Assembly: GCA_963789265.1 (NCBI GenBank)
Contig: CAWBKB010000001.1
Location: 1,344,001-1,408,000, forward strand
DNA length: 64,000 nt
DNA from: an uncultured delta proteobacterium
GTDB taxonomy: Bacteria; Desulfobacterota; Desulfomonilia; Desulfomonilales; Desulfomonilaceae
Reading direction: 5' to 3'
Below are positions 1 to 10,431 of the stretch, piece by piece. Numbering within the stretch: position 1 is the stretch's first letter; each line of letters begins with the position of its first letter. The notes below the pieces were generated by a model. That model was given only the letters and a program-made list of their open reading frames with translations, ran no database searches and had not been told where the DNA came from. Made by a program: the position numbers and the translations under genes.

Positions 1-1444
1 TGTCTTTTGACCGATCGAAAACTACCAAGTGCCCGTCTTCGTCAATAAATCCGGTGTCTCCCGAATAGAGCCACCCGTCCTTGAGTGCTTTCGCCGTCTC
101 CTCGGGCATCTTGTAATAACCCGCGAAGACAGAGGGGCTTTTGGAAATGATTTCGTCGTCTTCAGTAATACGGACCTGGGTCTCCGGAATTGGCGTGCCC
201 ACGGTGTCGAACTTAACGTCTCCGTCACGATGCACCACAGAGATTCCGGCAATCTCCGTTTGTCCGTAAATCTGCTTCAGGTTCACGCCAATTGCATGGA
301 AGAAGCGGAAATGGTCCGGCCCCATGGCCGCTCCACCCGTATAGGCATGACGCACCCCGCTCAGTCCGAGGTGGTCCCGGATCTTCTGGTACGTGGCCAG
401 GTCCGCAAGGAATCGGAGGAATTTCCAATAGAACGGGACAGGTTTCTTTTCGAATTTCAACTCCGCCGTGTGATACCCCACTTTCATGGAGATATCGAAA
501 ATCTTTCGCTTGAGCCAGGTGGCATCCAGGTGCTTAACCTGGACCGTACGGGTCATCTGCTCGTATAGACGCGGCGGAGCAAACATTACATGAGGCCCTA
601 TTTCTCGAACGTTTTGCTGGGCGGTTTCCGGTTCCTCAGGGAAATTGATTGTGAAACCAATCTGAAGGCCGCACGATATGGCCATCATCTGTTCCCCGAT
701 CCATGCGAACGGCAGGTAAGAGACAAAATCGTCGTCAGGCGTGCACGGATCGACCCTCATCAGGTTCCGCCCCATGGTGAGCATGTTGTAATGTGTGAGA
801 AGGGCACCTTTCGGCAGGGCAGTGGTTCCGGAGGTGTAAAAAAGCAGACAGATATCATCCCCTTTGCCACTGGCGACCATTCTGTCGAACAATCCCGGGT
901 CTTCCTTGTCCTTGTCCGCTCCGAGTCTTTTCAACTCGTCGAGCCCGATGAGCATCTGGTCGTCGTAATGGCGCAACCCCTTCGGATCGTCCCAAATAAT
1001 CTTTTCGAGCTTGGGGCAGCGGTCACGTATTGCCAGCGCCTTATCGACTTCTTCCTGTCCTTCTGCCACGTAGAATTTTGCATCGGAATGATCGACAATG
1101 TATTTCACCTCGTCCATAAGGCAGTCCTGAAAGAGCCACACCCCAATTCCACCCCCGCACATGGCGGCCATTTCCGCCCACAGGGCTTCCGGGCGATTGT
1201 CACCGATCATGATCACCTTGTCGCCGGGGACAAGTCCTAAGCCGATCAGACCGAGAGTGATCTGTTTGACGTTTTCGAGATACTGCGACCATGTGACGGG
1301 CCGCCAGATCCCGTATTCTTTCTCGCGCATAGCGACTTTGCTCGAACCGAATTTCCTGCACTGCTGAAGAAGGAGCTTGGGCAAGGTCAAGTCTTTGGTA
1401 ATGTCTATTTCTCCCTTGTAATGCTCTTCACCTGCGGCTGACAT
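1..1444 (-). CDS. Long-chain acyl-CoA synthetase (AMP-binding), 3' end beyond the window
   Basis: Not in the ORF track. Manual translation from ATG 1444 (GGAGG upstream) gives MSAAGEEHYKGEIDITKDLTLPKLLLQQCRKFGSSKVAMREKEYGIW, and the same frame reads DGHLVVFDRSKD at the window edge. Overlaps the stop of the ABC ATPase gene. Confidence 0.9.
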   Translation of the reverse strand, partial: MSAAGEEHYKGEIDITKDLTLPKLLLQQCRKFGSSKVAMREKEYGIWRPVTWSQYLENVKQITLGLIGLGLVPGDKVIMIGDNRPEALWAEMAAMCGGGIGVWLFQDCLMDEVKYIVDHSDAKFYVAEGQEEVDKALAIRDRCPKLEKIIWDDPKGLRHYDDQMLIGLDELKRLGADKDKEDPGLFDRMVASGKGDDICLLFYTSGTTALPKGALLTHYNMLTMGRNLMRVDPCTPDDDFVSYLPFAWIGEQMMAISCGLQIGFTINFPEEPETAQQNVREIGPHVMFAPPRLYEQMTRTVQVKHLDATWLKRKIFDISMKVGYHTAELKFEKKPVPFYWKFLRFLADLATYQKIRDHLGLSGVRHAYTGGAAMGPDHFRFFHAIGVNLKQIYGQTEIAGISVVHRDGDVKFDTVGTPIPETQVRITEDDEIISKSPSVFAGYYKMPEETAKALKDGWLYSGDTGFIDEDGHLVVFDRSKD

Positions 1445-2228
1445 ATAAATCCTCCACCTCACCCAGGTAAGCTTTGATGACTTCCGGATTCTCCTGCACT
1501 TCGGCCGGCGTCCCGTCGGCAATCTTCACTCCGAAATTCAGTGCCATGACTCGATCCGAAAGGTCCATTACTACGCCCATGTCATGTTCCACCAGCACAC
1601 AGGTGACTTTCCAGCGCTCGTCTTCATTGATATCGATGATGAAGCGCGCCATGTCCTCCACTTCTTCCAGGTTCAACCCGGCCAAGGGCTCGTCCAGCAG
1701 AATTATTTCCGGCTGAAGGGCCAGTGCACGAGCCAGTTCTATCCGCTTTTGCATGCCATAGGAGAGCATGCCGGTGACTTCGTTCCGTACGGCCTCTATC
1801 TCGAGAAGGTCGACAATTTCTTCTTCAATGAATTTCCGAGCCTTCACCTCTTCTCTGCTGGTCTTACCCCAGTAAATGAATGAATTGAAAATGCCTGAAT
1901 GCAGGTGCAAGTGGCGGCCGAGGCGAATATTGTCCAAGACCGTCATGCCGCCGAACAACTCTATTTTTTGAAACGTACGGGATAAGCCCATAGCTGCACG
2001 TCGGTGTGGAGAAAAGCGCGTTATGTCGGCTCCCTTGAGAAACAAGCGGCCGCGGTTCGGGCGATAAAGCCCGTTAACACAGTTCATCATGCAGGTCTTT
2101 CCCGCTCCGTTCGGTCCGATAATGGAGAAGATCTCCCCCCTCCTGACTTCAAAGCTGACATTTGATAGGGCCGCAACCCCGTGGAACGAAAGAAAGACGT
2201 TTTTCGCCTCAAGCATGACTTCCGACAT
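1428..2228 (-). CDS. livG: Branched-chain-type ABC transporter ATP-binding protein (LivG-like)
   Basis: Walker A GPNGAGKT, LSYGMQKRIELARAL signature, LLDEP, C-terminal NPEVIKAYLG. Confidence 0.85.
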   Translation of the reverse strand: MSEVMLEAKNVFLSFHGVAALSNVSFEVRRGEIFSIIGPNGAGKTCMMNCVNGLYRPNRGRLFLKGADITRFSPHRRAAMGLSRTFQKIELFGGMTVLDNIRLGRHLHLHSGIFNSFIYWGKTSREEVKARKFIEEEIVDLLEIEAVRNEVTGMLSYGMQKRIELARALALQPEIILLDEPLAGLNLEEVEDMARFIIDINEDERWKVTCVLVEHDMGVVMDLSDRVMALNFGVKIADGTPAEVQENPEVIKAYLGEVEDLYVSRR

Positions 2229-2765
2229 TCAGCATCCCCTTTGCACAACACACCAATGAAGCTGAGCCATCGGGCATTTGTGGCCAGTAATCATGAGTCA
2301 AGTCGGCGTGAAGGAAGATTCCACTCGTTATGGAGCCTGATTGAGATTCCTTAAACCGATGAGATAAGGCGCTTAAACTAACAAAACCTGCCTTTCAGGT
2401 CAAGCTTTACTGTAAATCGCTGTCGGAACTGTCGGCGGCTGTCTCGGTGCGTTTCCTTTGATCGAAAGATACGGCGCGACGCATAGCGAGAGTTTCGGGG
2501 GAATTGATGGCAGCTTGGTAATGTGAGCAAATATGCATGTCAAAATCGCGGGCCGATAACTCGACGGATCGTTGAGGACTCCCCGGCTTGTCAGCGCCAC
2601 AGTGGGGCAGCATGTGGTTTGAACTTGGCAGCTTGGCGGCACTTTGATAAGCACTCCTTTTCTCATGCGTGCCAGGGCCCTTGAAAGACCGAACCGAGTT
2701 GACTGAAGACGGGGTAATCATGGATAAACTCATATTGAAAAGTCAAGACGAAAAATGATATTAAA

Positions 2766-2887
2766 GTAAGCATTCAGTTACAGCCGGAATTTGCCGCTGG
2801 CCTCGTGGGGTGGGCTTTCTAGCCCGCCATTGAACGGGGGGGGCCTCGGCAGGCTGGAAAGCCTGCCCCACAAGACTGAATGGTTAC
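2766..2887. mobile_element. IS66-like MITE (122 bp) carrying a REP doublet
   Basis: TIRs GTAAGCATTCAGT / ACTGAATGGTTAC (12/13 match). 8-bp direct repeat ATATTAAA at 2758-2765 and 2888-2895. GTAA termini with an 8-bp duplication are typical of IS66. Confidence 0.75.
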
Positions 2888-3128
2888 ATATTAAAGATTA
2901 TTCACCCGGCAGCAGCCACACTTCAAAGCCCCCAATAGCCATCTTTGGGGCTGAAGCCGGCAGTCAAGGCTCAGGGCCGGCACCGAGAATCCCTTTCCAA
3001 AATGGCTCGGTCGCTCGTCGGGCGCAGGCTCGCTTTTTTGCGGCTAATCCAGCCTGTTCCCTAGACATGGTTGGCGAGAGCTTTGGGCCTCTGCGGTCGG
3101 TTTGAACGGATTTGGAGGAGAGGAAGGC

Positions 3129-3921
3129 ATGGACGAAGACTCAAGTCTTTTGAAAGTCACTCGGGACGGGATAGTGCTGCTGACTATCAACCGGCCACAG
3201 GCACTGAACTGCTTCGACATGTCGCTTCTCGGGAGGTTTGAGCGGACTATAGCAGAGATCGCGTTCGACCGGGAGGCGAGGGTGGTGATAATCACGGGTT
3301 CCACTGAAGGGAAGAACGCCTTTAGCACGGGGGCGGATCTGAAGGAGAGGGCGGGCATGTCACCGGATCAGGTGCGCCTTTATGTCCGCACGATTAGGAA
3401 CCTGTTCACTGCTGTGGAAGACCTGCCCAAGCCTGTAATTGCTGCCGTCAACGGCTATGCCTTCGGTGGAGGATTGGAACTGGCCTTGGCGTGCGACATA
3501 AGATTAGCCTCAACCAATGCGGTGGTAGGATTGACGGAGACCAGTTTAGCGATAATTCCCGGTGCCGGCGGTACGCAGCGATTGCCGAGAGTTGTGGGCG
3601 TGGCCCACGCCAAGGAGATGATCTTCCGGGCACGGCGCATCACCGCCGCAGAATCGCTTGATATTGGACTATTTCTCGAGATAGTCGAGCCAGAAACGCC
3701 TCATTGAGCGGGCTTTCGAGATCTCCCGGGAAATCTCGGCCAACGGACCGGTGGCCCTCGCCCAGGCCAAGTACGCTGTAAACAAAGGTATCGAAGTAAG
3801 TCTTCCGATCGGCCTGGCCATCGAATCCAACGCCTATGCCGTGACCATCCCCACGAAGGACAGAATTGAAGGGCTCACTGCGTTCAGGGAAAAAAGAAAG
3901 CCCGTTTATACCGGAGAATAG
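3129..3921 (+). CDS. Enoyl-CoA hydratase, likely methylglutaconyl-CoA hydratase; apparent +1 frameshift at about 3695
   Basis: FSTGADLKE, PVIAAVNGYAFGGGLELALACD and IIPGAGGTQRL motifs. The C-terminus RLIERAFEIS...AFREKRKPVYTGE* continues in the next frame to 3921. Confidence 0.85.
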
Positions 3922-3934
3922 AGGGAGGTTTTTT

Positions 3935-5080
3935 ATGTCCTGCCAAGAACTGGCCTATCCGAGAAAGGTCCAGATCAACGATATCACTGTGCGAGACGGA
4001 TTTCAGCATGAAGAGATATGGATACCCACGGACGCCAAATTGTTTTATCTGGAAGAGCTTATACTGTGCGGCATAAAGCACCTTGAAGTAACCAACCTGG
4101 GGAATCCGGTGCTGATGCCGCAGTTCAAGGACGCCGACGAGCTACTCAAAAGGCTCAGGGACTCGAAGAAGCTTTCCCGCGCGGGCATCAACTGGGATGA
4201 CATTACACTCACCGCCATAACAATCAGGGAACGGGCCGTCGATCGCGCTATCATCGGCAAGAAGGAAGGATGGGGGCCGGACCGCATCTTGATGATGGTT
4301 TCCACGGATGAAGAGCATCACTTCGCGAATTCGGGGACTACGCTCCCCAATTACTGGACAGAGGCCAAGCGCTGCATTGAGAAAGCAAGAGAAGCAGGGA
4401 TCAAACTGAACGGCACGGTTTCTACGATTTGGGGCTCACCCATCTCAGGACCCACCCGTTTGGAAGAGGCGGTAGAATTTACCAAGCGCTGGCTTGAAAT
4501 AGGCGCGGCCGACATAGAACATGCCGACCACGACGGAAGTGCTCCTCCGGATCAAGTCTACAAATACTTTTCGATGGTCCTTGACCAAATCCCTGACAAG
4601 AGGCTTCATATTGCTCATTTTCATGTGACCCGCGGCTGGGGTACGGCCAACTGTCTTGCGGCGATGTTAGCGGGAATCGAGATCTTCGAGGGTACCCTGG
4701 GAGGCATTGGAGGCCAACCGGCCAATTTCCTTGACCGTGTTCCCGTTGGAGGAACAGGGGCCTACTACTATCGTGACCCTAATGTGGTCGGTCTCCAAAG
4801 CATCGAAGATATGGTGGTCATGATGGATGAAATGGGCATATATACCGGGATAGACGTGGACCGACTACTGGATCTGGGCACAATGATGGAAAAAACCATC
4901 GGGCGAAGGCTGAGGTCCGAATCAATCCTCAACCGCCGCATTCCGAAAAATCCAAGGGAAGAATTCAAGCGCAAGGGACTAGCCGATTTGAAGAAGAAAC
5001 TGGGAGAACAGCCTGGCCAGAAATACCCGGCGGACTGGCCCGAGAATAGCACTTATACCAGTGCGCCATCAAACAAGTGA
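3935..5080 (+). CDS. HMG-CoA lyase-like (DRE-TIM) enzyme
   Basis: DITVRDGFQHE, HFH metal motif, TLGGIGG; GGAGG RBS before ATG 3935. Confidence 0.85.
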   Translation: MSCQELAYPRKVQINDITVRDGFQHEEIWIPTDAKLFYLEELILCGIKHLEVTNLGNPVLMPQFKDADELLKRLRDSKKLSRAGINWDDITLTAITIRERAVDRAIIGKKEGWGPDRILMMVSTDEEHHFANSGTTLPNYWTEAKRCIEKAREAGIKLNGTVSTIWGSPISGPTRLEEAVEFTKRWLEIGAADIEHADHDGSAPPDQVYKYFSMVLDQIPDKRLHIAHFHVTRGWGTANCLAAMLAGIEIFEGTLGGIGGQPANFLDRVPVGGTGAYYYRDPNVVGLQSIEDMVVMMDEMGIYTGIDVDRLLDLGTMMEKTIGRRLRSESILNRRIPKNPREEFKRKGLADLKKKLGEQPGQKYPADWPENSTYTSAPSNK

Positions 5081-5150
5081 CAATCCCCGCGAGGAGATGG
5101 TGGGGCATCCCACGTTCCGCGGGATCACCCCGGACTTCGATCCGGGGATG

Positions 5151-5198
5151 GTAGGGGCGACCGGCGGGTCGCCCAGGGCGAATGCCATTCGCCCCTAC
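5151..5198. repeat. GTAG-type REP doublet
   Basis: GTAGGGGCGA...TCGCCCCTAC with two internal hairpins. Confidence 0.7.
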
Positions 5199-5248
5199 AG
5201 ATGCCCGCGTACGCGGGCATGACGACATGTAGGGGCGGGTTTGAAACC

Positions 5249-5422
5249 CAATGCTGTTGACTTAAGGGACCTCCGTCTACCCCACCGTCACCCCGGCGAA
5301 GGCCGGGGTCCAGGGGAGATGAGGAAAACCTGGATTCCGGCCTCCGCCGGAATGACGAGGTGAAGGCCCGTCGAAGGAAAAGCTCCTGGACAAGAGGCAT
5401 GCGGCTTAAGTCAACAGCATTG
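5249..5422. mobile_element. IS4-like MITE copy 1 (174 bp) inserted in a REP hairpin
   Basis: Perfect 18-bp TIR CAATGCTGTTGACTTAAG. 11-bp duplication GGTTTGAAACC at 5238-5248 and 5423-5433. The empty site is the hairpin GTAGGGGCG-GGTTTGAAACC-CGCCCCTAC. Confidence 0.85.
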
Positions 5423-5556
5423 GGTTTGAAACCCGCCCCTACCGGAAACACGATGTCACTTATTTGAAAGCGAATCGGTGTCATGCCCGCTGATCGGTGC
5501 CTCGGCACGTAAGCAATTTTGCATGTCTTTGAACACCCGAACAAGGAGGTACGAGT

Positions 5557-7506
5557 ATGGGCCCTCTTTGGGAACCCTCGCAAGATCGCGTTAAAAACGC
5601 CAATATCACCAAGTTTATTGACTTCGTTAACAAAAAGCATTCCTCGAACCTTCGGGGCTTTCATCAGCTTTATGACTGGTCCATCGAAGATAGGGAAGAC
5701 TTTTGGGCCGCAGTCTGGGAGTTTTGTAGCATAATAGCTTCCAAACCGTACGAGAAGGTCCTGGAAGACTCCCCCACCATGATCGGTGCCAAATGGTTCA
5801 TAGGTTCGCGCCTCAATTTTGCCCAGAACCTCCTGCGCTTTCGAGATGATCGGGTGGCTTTGGTCTTCAAAGGTGAGGGCCAACATACCGTCCGCATGAC
5901 CTATGCCCGGCTCTATGATGAAGTGGCGCGCCTTGCTAAATCTTTCAGAGAAGTCGGTGTGGTCGCGGGAGACCGGGTGGCGGGATATGTTCCCAACATG
6001 ATGCAGCCTATAGTAGCCATGCTGGCAACCGCAAGTATCGGGGCCATCTGGTCTTCATGCTCCCCTGACTTCGGCATCAAGGGGGTGCTCGACAGGTTTG
6101 GGCAGATAGAGCCCAAAATCCTGTTTACGGCTGACGGTTATTTTTATAACGGGAAAACGCACAGTTCCCTCGATCGAATAGCCGGTATCGTGAAAGAGAT
6201 TCCCAGCATCGAGAAACTGGTGGTAATTCCCTATACGCAAGACAGAGCAGACATCAATTCTATTCCGAAAGCGGTTCATTACGATGATTTTCTTTCCAAG
6301 GAAGACGGCCTCGAGATCGAGTTCGAGCAACTCCCCTTCGATCATCCGCTCTACATTATGTATTCGTCCGGAACCACCGGTCTGCCCAAGTGCATGGTTC
6401 ACGGTGCGGGTGGAACTCTGATTCAGCATCTAAAGGAACACGTGCTTCACTGTGACGTCAAAAGGGAAGACAAGATTTACTACTTCACCACGTTGGGTTG
6501 GATGATGTGGAATTGGCTCGTGAGTGGTCTCGGCAGCGGTGCCACTGTGATTCTTTATGACGGGTCCCCCTTCTATCCCGATCCGGGAGCGATCTTCGAG
6601 TTGGCCGAACAGGAAAAGATGACCGTTTTCGGTACCAGTGCGCGCTATATAGCCGCTGTGGAAAAGGCTGGACTTAAACCCAGAGAGAAATACGATCTTT
6701 CCAGCCTCAAGCTAATGTGCTCTACAGGGTCCCCGCTTTCGGAAGAAAGCTTCAGATTCGTTTATCGAGACATCAAAGAGGATATTTGTCTTGCTTCCAT
6801 TTCCGGGGGAACAGACATAATTTCCTGCTTCGCTCTCGGCTGCCCCATCCTCCCTGTTTATGAGGGCGAACTTCAATGCCGCGGTCTGGGGATGAAAGTC
6901 GAGGCATTCGACGCAGACGGGAAGCCGGTCAGGGGTCGGCAAGGAGAGTTGGTCTGCACCGCGACATTCCCGTCCCAGCCGATCTATTTCTGGAAAGATC
7001 CGGACAACGCCAAGTACAAGAGCGCATATTTCGAAGCATATCCGAACGTATGGCATCACGGTGATTTTATAGAGATCACCGAGCACGGAGGCGTTAAGAT
7101 TTATGGACGTTCCGACGCGACTCTCAATCCTTCCGGTGTTCGTATAGGCACCGCTGAAATTTACCGGCAAGTCGAGTCTTTCCCGGAGATCTCGGACAGT
7201 ATCGTGGTGGGGCAACAGTGGGACAACGACGTTCGGGTAATCCTCTTTGTGAAGGCCGCCGAAAATGCGGAGCTTACTGATGACCTGAAGAACCGAATCA
7301 AGAAAGCCATTCGCGATAATACAACACCAAGACACGTCCCCGCGCTGATCTTGGCGGTAGAGGACATCCCATGCACGTTGAACGGAAAAAAGGTGGAGCT
7401 CGCGGTAAGGAACGTGATTGAGGGCAGACCCGTCACGAACAAGGATGCCTTGGCCAACCCGGAAGCACTGGATTTTTACAAGAATATCCCCGAACTTGTT
7501 AAATGA
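5557..7506 (+). CDS. Acetoacetate-CoA ligase (acetoacetyl-CoA synthetase)
   Basis: IMYSSGTTGLPKCMVH, WMMWNWL, SISGGTD, GRSDATLNPSGVRIGTAEIY, NGKKVE. Confidence 0.93.
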   Translation: MGPLWEPSQDRVKNANITKFIDFVNKKHSSNLRGFHQLYDWSIEDREDFWAAVWEFCSIIASKPYEKVLEDSPTMIGAKWFIGSRLNFAQNLLRFRDDRVALVFKGEGQHTVRMTYARLYDEVARLAKSFREVGVVAGDRVAGYVPNMMQPIVAMLATASIGAIWSSCSPDFGIKGVLDRFGQIEPKILFTADGYFYNGKTHSSLDRIAGIVKEIPSIEKLVVIPYTQDRADINSIPKAVHYDDFLSKEDGLEIEFEQLPFDHPLYIMYSSGTTGLPKCMVHGAGGTLIQHLKEHVLHCDVKREDKIYYFTTLGWMMWNWLVSGLGSGATVILYDGSPFYPDPGAIFELAEQEKMTVFGTSARYIAAVEKAGLKPREKYDLSSLKLMCSTGSPLSEESFRFVYRDIKEDICLASISGGTDIISCFALGCPILPVYEGELQCRGLGMKVEAFDADGKPVRGRQGELVCTATFPSQPIYFWKDPDNAKYKSAYFEAYPNVWHHGDFIEITEHGGVKIYGRSDATLNPSGVRIGTAEIYRQVESFPEISDSIVVGQQWDNDVRVILFVKAAENAELTDDLKNRIKKAIRDNTTPRHVPALILAVEDIPCTLNGKKVELAVRNVIEGRPVTNKDALANPEALDFYKNIPELVK

Positions 7507-7652
7507 CTAAGAGATAAAGCAGGGACTGTACCAACTTCCATCACGCAGAGGGCCATGACGAAATTATGAAAACGCCGGCAGAATCGGCATGATAATCGTA
7601 TCTTAAGAAATACTCTTCGCCCAATTAGTGCCCGGTAACAGGAGCAAAGCAG

Positions 7653-8540
7653 ATGTGGGAAGAATTGAACAAGAAAGCGGTGGGTCTCTTCCAAAGCGGT
7701 CGATATGCAGAGGCCGTGGAAATTGCCAAGAAAGCTTTGGAAGAAGCTGAAAAGACTTTTGGACCGGATGATCCTCATGTGGCGCGAGTGCTGAATAATC
7801 TTGCCGAAATGTACAGGGCTCAAGTGCAGTATGCCGATGCAGAGCCCTTGTGGGAGCGGGCGCTCGATATACGCGAAAAGGCCCTGGGAAAAGATCACCC
7901 CGACGTTGCCATGTCTCTGAACAATCTGGCAGGTGCTTATTTCGAGCAGGGCAAGTTTGCGGAAGCCGAGCCCCTTTTCAGAAGAGCGATTACAATATTG
8001 GAAAAATCTCTTGGGCCGGAGCATCCGGATATTGCCACTTCCCTTAACAATCTCGCAGCACTGCTCAGGACCGTCGGACAGTATCCCGCGGCCAAAGTTC
8101 TCTATGATCGCGCGCTCGCCATCCTGGAGAAGTCGCTAGGGCCCGACCATCCCGAAGTAGGAACATGCTTAAATAATTTGGCGGGACTCTACGATTCGCA
8201 GCAGCGGCATCAGGATGCGGAGCCTCTGTACCGACGGTCCCTGCAAATTGCGGAGAAAACATTCGGCCCGAATCATCCTCACGTGGCTTCTTCCCTGAAC
8301 AATCTCGGGCGCACGCTGGTAGGTGTGGGCAATTACAGTGAAGCCGAGGCTCTCCTCATACGAGCACAAACCATAGTGGAGACTACTTACGGACTGCGCC
8401 ATCCTTACGTGACTACGGGCCTGGAGAATCTCGCGGACTTCTACGATGGGATTGGCAGATCCCCTGAAGCAAAAAGCCTGCGATCCCGCGCCCAGGAGAT
8501 TCGCGAAGAGATTGTTAAGTCGCGAATCGAGGAAGTTTGA
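7653..8540 (+). CDS. Tetratricopeptide repeat protein (42-aa repeats)
   Basis: Repeated LGxxHPxVAxSLNNLA...AEPLxxRAL units. Confidence 0.9.
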   Translation: MWEELNKKAVGLFQSGRYAEAVEIAKKALEEAEKTFGPDDPHVARVLNNLAEMYRAQVQYADAEPLWERALDIREKALGKDHPDVAMSLNNLAGAYFEQGKFAEAEPLFRRAITILEKSLGPEHPDIATSLNNLAALLRTVGQYPAAKVLYDRALAILEKSLGPDHPEVGTCLNNLAGLYDSQQRHQDAEPLYRRSLQIAEKTFGPNHPHVASSLNNLGRTLVGVGNYSEAEALLIRAQTIVETTYGLRHPYVTTGLENLADFYDGIGRSPEAKSLRSRAQEIREEIVKSRIEEV

Positions 8541-8565
8541 CTCGCGCGCGTTTGAAGATCAGTTT

Positions 8566-8596
8566 CAGTAGGGTGGGCATCTTGCCCACCCTACTG
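8566..8596. repeat. GGCATCTTGCC-core REP hairpin
   Basis: CAGTAGGGTGGGCA-TCT-TGCCCACCCTACTG perfect stem between convergent genes. Confidence 0.8.
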
Positions 8597-8630
8597 ATTA
8601 GAGCACGTCCCCACGAGGATCAAATGGATC

Positions 8631-9122
8631 TCATGGCGTTTCGTCGGCCGGTCTCTTGAAATGCCCGGATCGGCCTCCGCTCTTTTCCATCAGGCGGACT
8701 CCTGAAATGACCATGCTCCGATCTACTGCCTTGCACATGTCGTAAATGGTGAGCCCTGCGCAGGCTACCGCGGTAAGCGCTTCCATTTCGACGCCCGTTC
8801 GCGCCGACACCCGCACTGTAGCCTCGATTTCGATGAGTGACCGCTGCTTATTCGGGAAAAATTCCACCTGCACTGAGGTAAGCGGAAGCGGGTGAGCCAG
8901 GGGAATAAGCTCAGGGGTCTTCTTCGCGGCCATGATCGCGGCAATACGTGCTACGCCCAAAACGTCTCCCTTTTTTGCCCGGCCTTCAAGAATCAGGTCC
9001 AACGTGTGGGAGTTCATTCGGACTTCACCGCGGGCAATGGCTTCCCTCAGTGTAACCTGCTTTTCGCCCACATCCACCATGTGAGCCTGCCCCTTTTCAT
9101 CAAAGTGGGTCAGTTCAGTCAT
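8631..9122 (-). CDS. moaC: Cyclic pyranopterin monophosphate synthase
   Basis: [52 protein letters not shown]. Confidence 0.96.
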   Translation of the reverse strand: MTELTHFDEKGQAHMVDVGEKQVTLREAIARGEVRMNSHTLDLILEGRAKKGDVLGVARIAAIMAAKKTPELIPLAHPLPLTSVQVEFFPNKQRSLIEIEATVRVSARTGVEMEALTAVACAGLTIYDMCKAVDRSMVISGVRLMEKSGGRSGHFKRPADETP

Positions 9123-10431
9123 CTTTTCTTTTCCCTAGCCTATACGTGAGTGCGGCTGCATGGGCTGCAAATCCCTCATATTGGGCCAGCCTGAGTGTCT
9201 TTGGAGCCAGGCGTTGGAACCCTTCATCGCTGACCATTGAGTAGGACATGCGGCGTGTGAAATCCCGGACCGATAATGCTGATGCTGTTCTGGCGAATCC
9301 CGAAGTGGGAAGAATCGCATTTGGCCCGATCGAATAGTTGGCGAGAGTGCCGGGCGTAAAGGGGCCTAGAAGCACTTCACCAGCGTACTTTACCTTGCCC
9401 AGAGTTTTATGGAGATTTCGCGTGAGGATCTGTAGATGCTCAGGCGCGAACCCATTGATAAAGTCGATGGCATCGTTAAGATTCTCAGCCAAGACAACCC
9501 CGCCGTTAGATTGAAAGACCGCTTGGCAAAATGCCCTTCGCTCGGCAGGCAGCGCGGACACGAGACTGGGGATAAGCTCCAAAGCTTTCCTTGCTAACGA
9601 CTTATCTGTCGTGACGAGATAAGCAGAGGAGTCCGGCCCGTGTTCCGCCTCTATGAGCAGGTCGGTGACTGCTGTGAGCGGATCGGCCGAGTCGTCGGCA
9701 AGGATGATCGATTCGCTCGGCCCGGCGGGTATGCCTGTATCCACTTCCGTCGAGAGGATTTGCTTTGCCGCAAGCACATAACCTGAGCCCGGACCGACTA
9801 TCTTGTCAACCCGAGGTATGGTTGCCGTGCCGAACGTGAGCGCAGCCACCGCCTGAACGCCACCTATAGCGTACAATTCATCCAACCCTATCATCCTGGC
9901 GGCTGCAACTGTGGCGAGATCCGCTCTACCATGCGCATCCGGTGGACTGACCACGACAATGCGCTCCACCCCGGCGACTTTGGCCGGGATTCCGGCCATC
10001 ATAATCATCGACGGGAAAGACCCTTTTCCACGCGGAATGTAAAGTCCAACCGACGCAATGGGTATTACTTTCTCGCCCGCAACTATGCCGGGGCTGATTT
10101 CGATTTCCCATGAGCCCGGCTCTATCTGACGCTCGTGGAACTTTCTGATGTTGGAGATCGAGACTTCGATGGCTTCTCGCAAGTCTTCCGGAATCGCATC
10201 GAGCGCCCGGTCCATCTCCTCCTGCGAGACCCTGAATTGTGAGGGCTCCATGTCAGCCCCGTCAAACCGCATTGTGAATTCCCGAACCGCATCATCTCCG
10301 CGGCGACGAACCTCGTCTAAGATTGGTGCCACTTGGGCTATCAAGGACTTCAAATCAACCGAATCGCGATGATACAGTTGCGTGCGCTCTTCCCAGGTCA
10401 TCGTGCCGAGTTCGAAGTAGTTAACCTTCAC
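9115..10431 (-). CDS. hisD: Histidinol dehydrogenase family protein with atypical active site
   Basis: [37 protein letters not shown]. Confidence 0.85.
   Translation of the reverse strand: MKVNYFELGTMTWEERTQLYHRDSVDLKSLIAQVAPILDEVRRRGDDAVREFTMRFDGADMEPSQFRVSQEEMDRALDAIPEDLREAIEVSISNIRKFHERQIEPGSWEIEISPGIVAGEKVIPIASVGLYIPRGKGSFPSMIMMAGIPAKVAGVERIVVVSPPDAHGRADLATVAAARMIGLDELYAIGGVQAVAALTFGTATIPRVDKIVGPGSGYVLAAKQILSTEVDTGIPAGPSESIILADDSADPLTAVTDLLIEAEHGPDSSAYLVTTDKSLARKALELIPSLVSALPAERRAFCQAVFQSNGGVVLAENLNDAIDFINGFAPEHLQILTRNLHKTLGKVKYAGEVLLGPFTPGTLANYSIGPNAILPTSGFARTASALSVRDFTRRMSYSMVSDEGFQRLAPKTLRLAQYEGFAAHAAALTYRLGKRKDD

Noticed and set aside
29..1367. Plus-strand ORFs 29-568 and 590-1240
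   Set aside because: Antisense shadows of the minus-strand acyl-CoA synthetase
5125..5886. 253-aa minus-strand ORF
   Set aside because: Reads through REP/MITE DNA and antisense of the ligase gene; no protein motifs
7653..8540. 126-bp periodicity resembling an array
   Set aside because: Coding TPR repeats, not CRISPR; no constant repeat-spacer structure seen anywhere in the window
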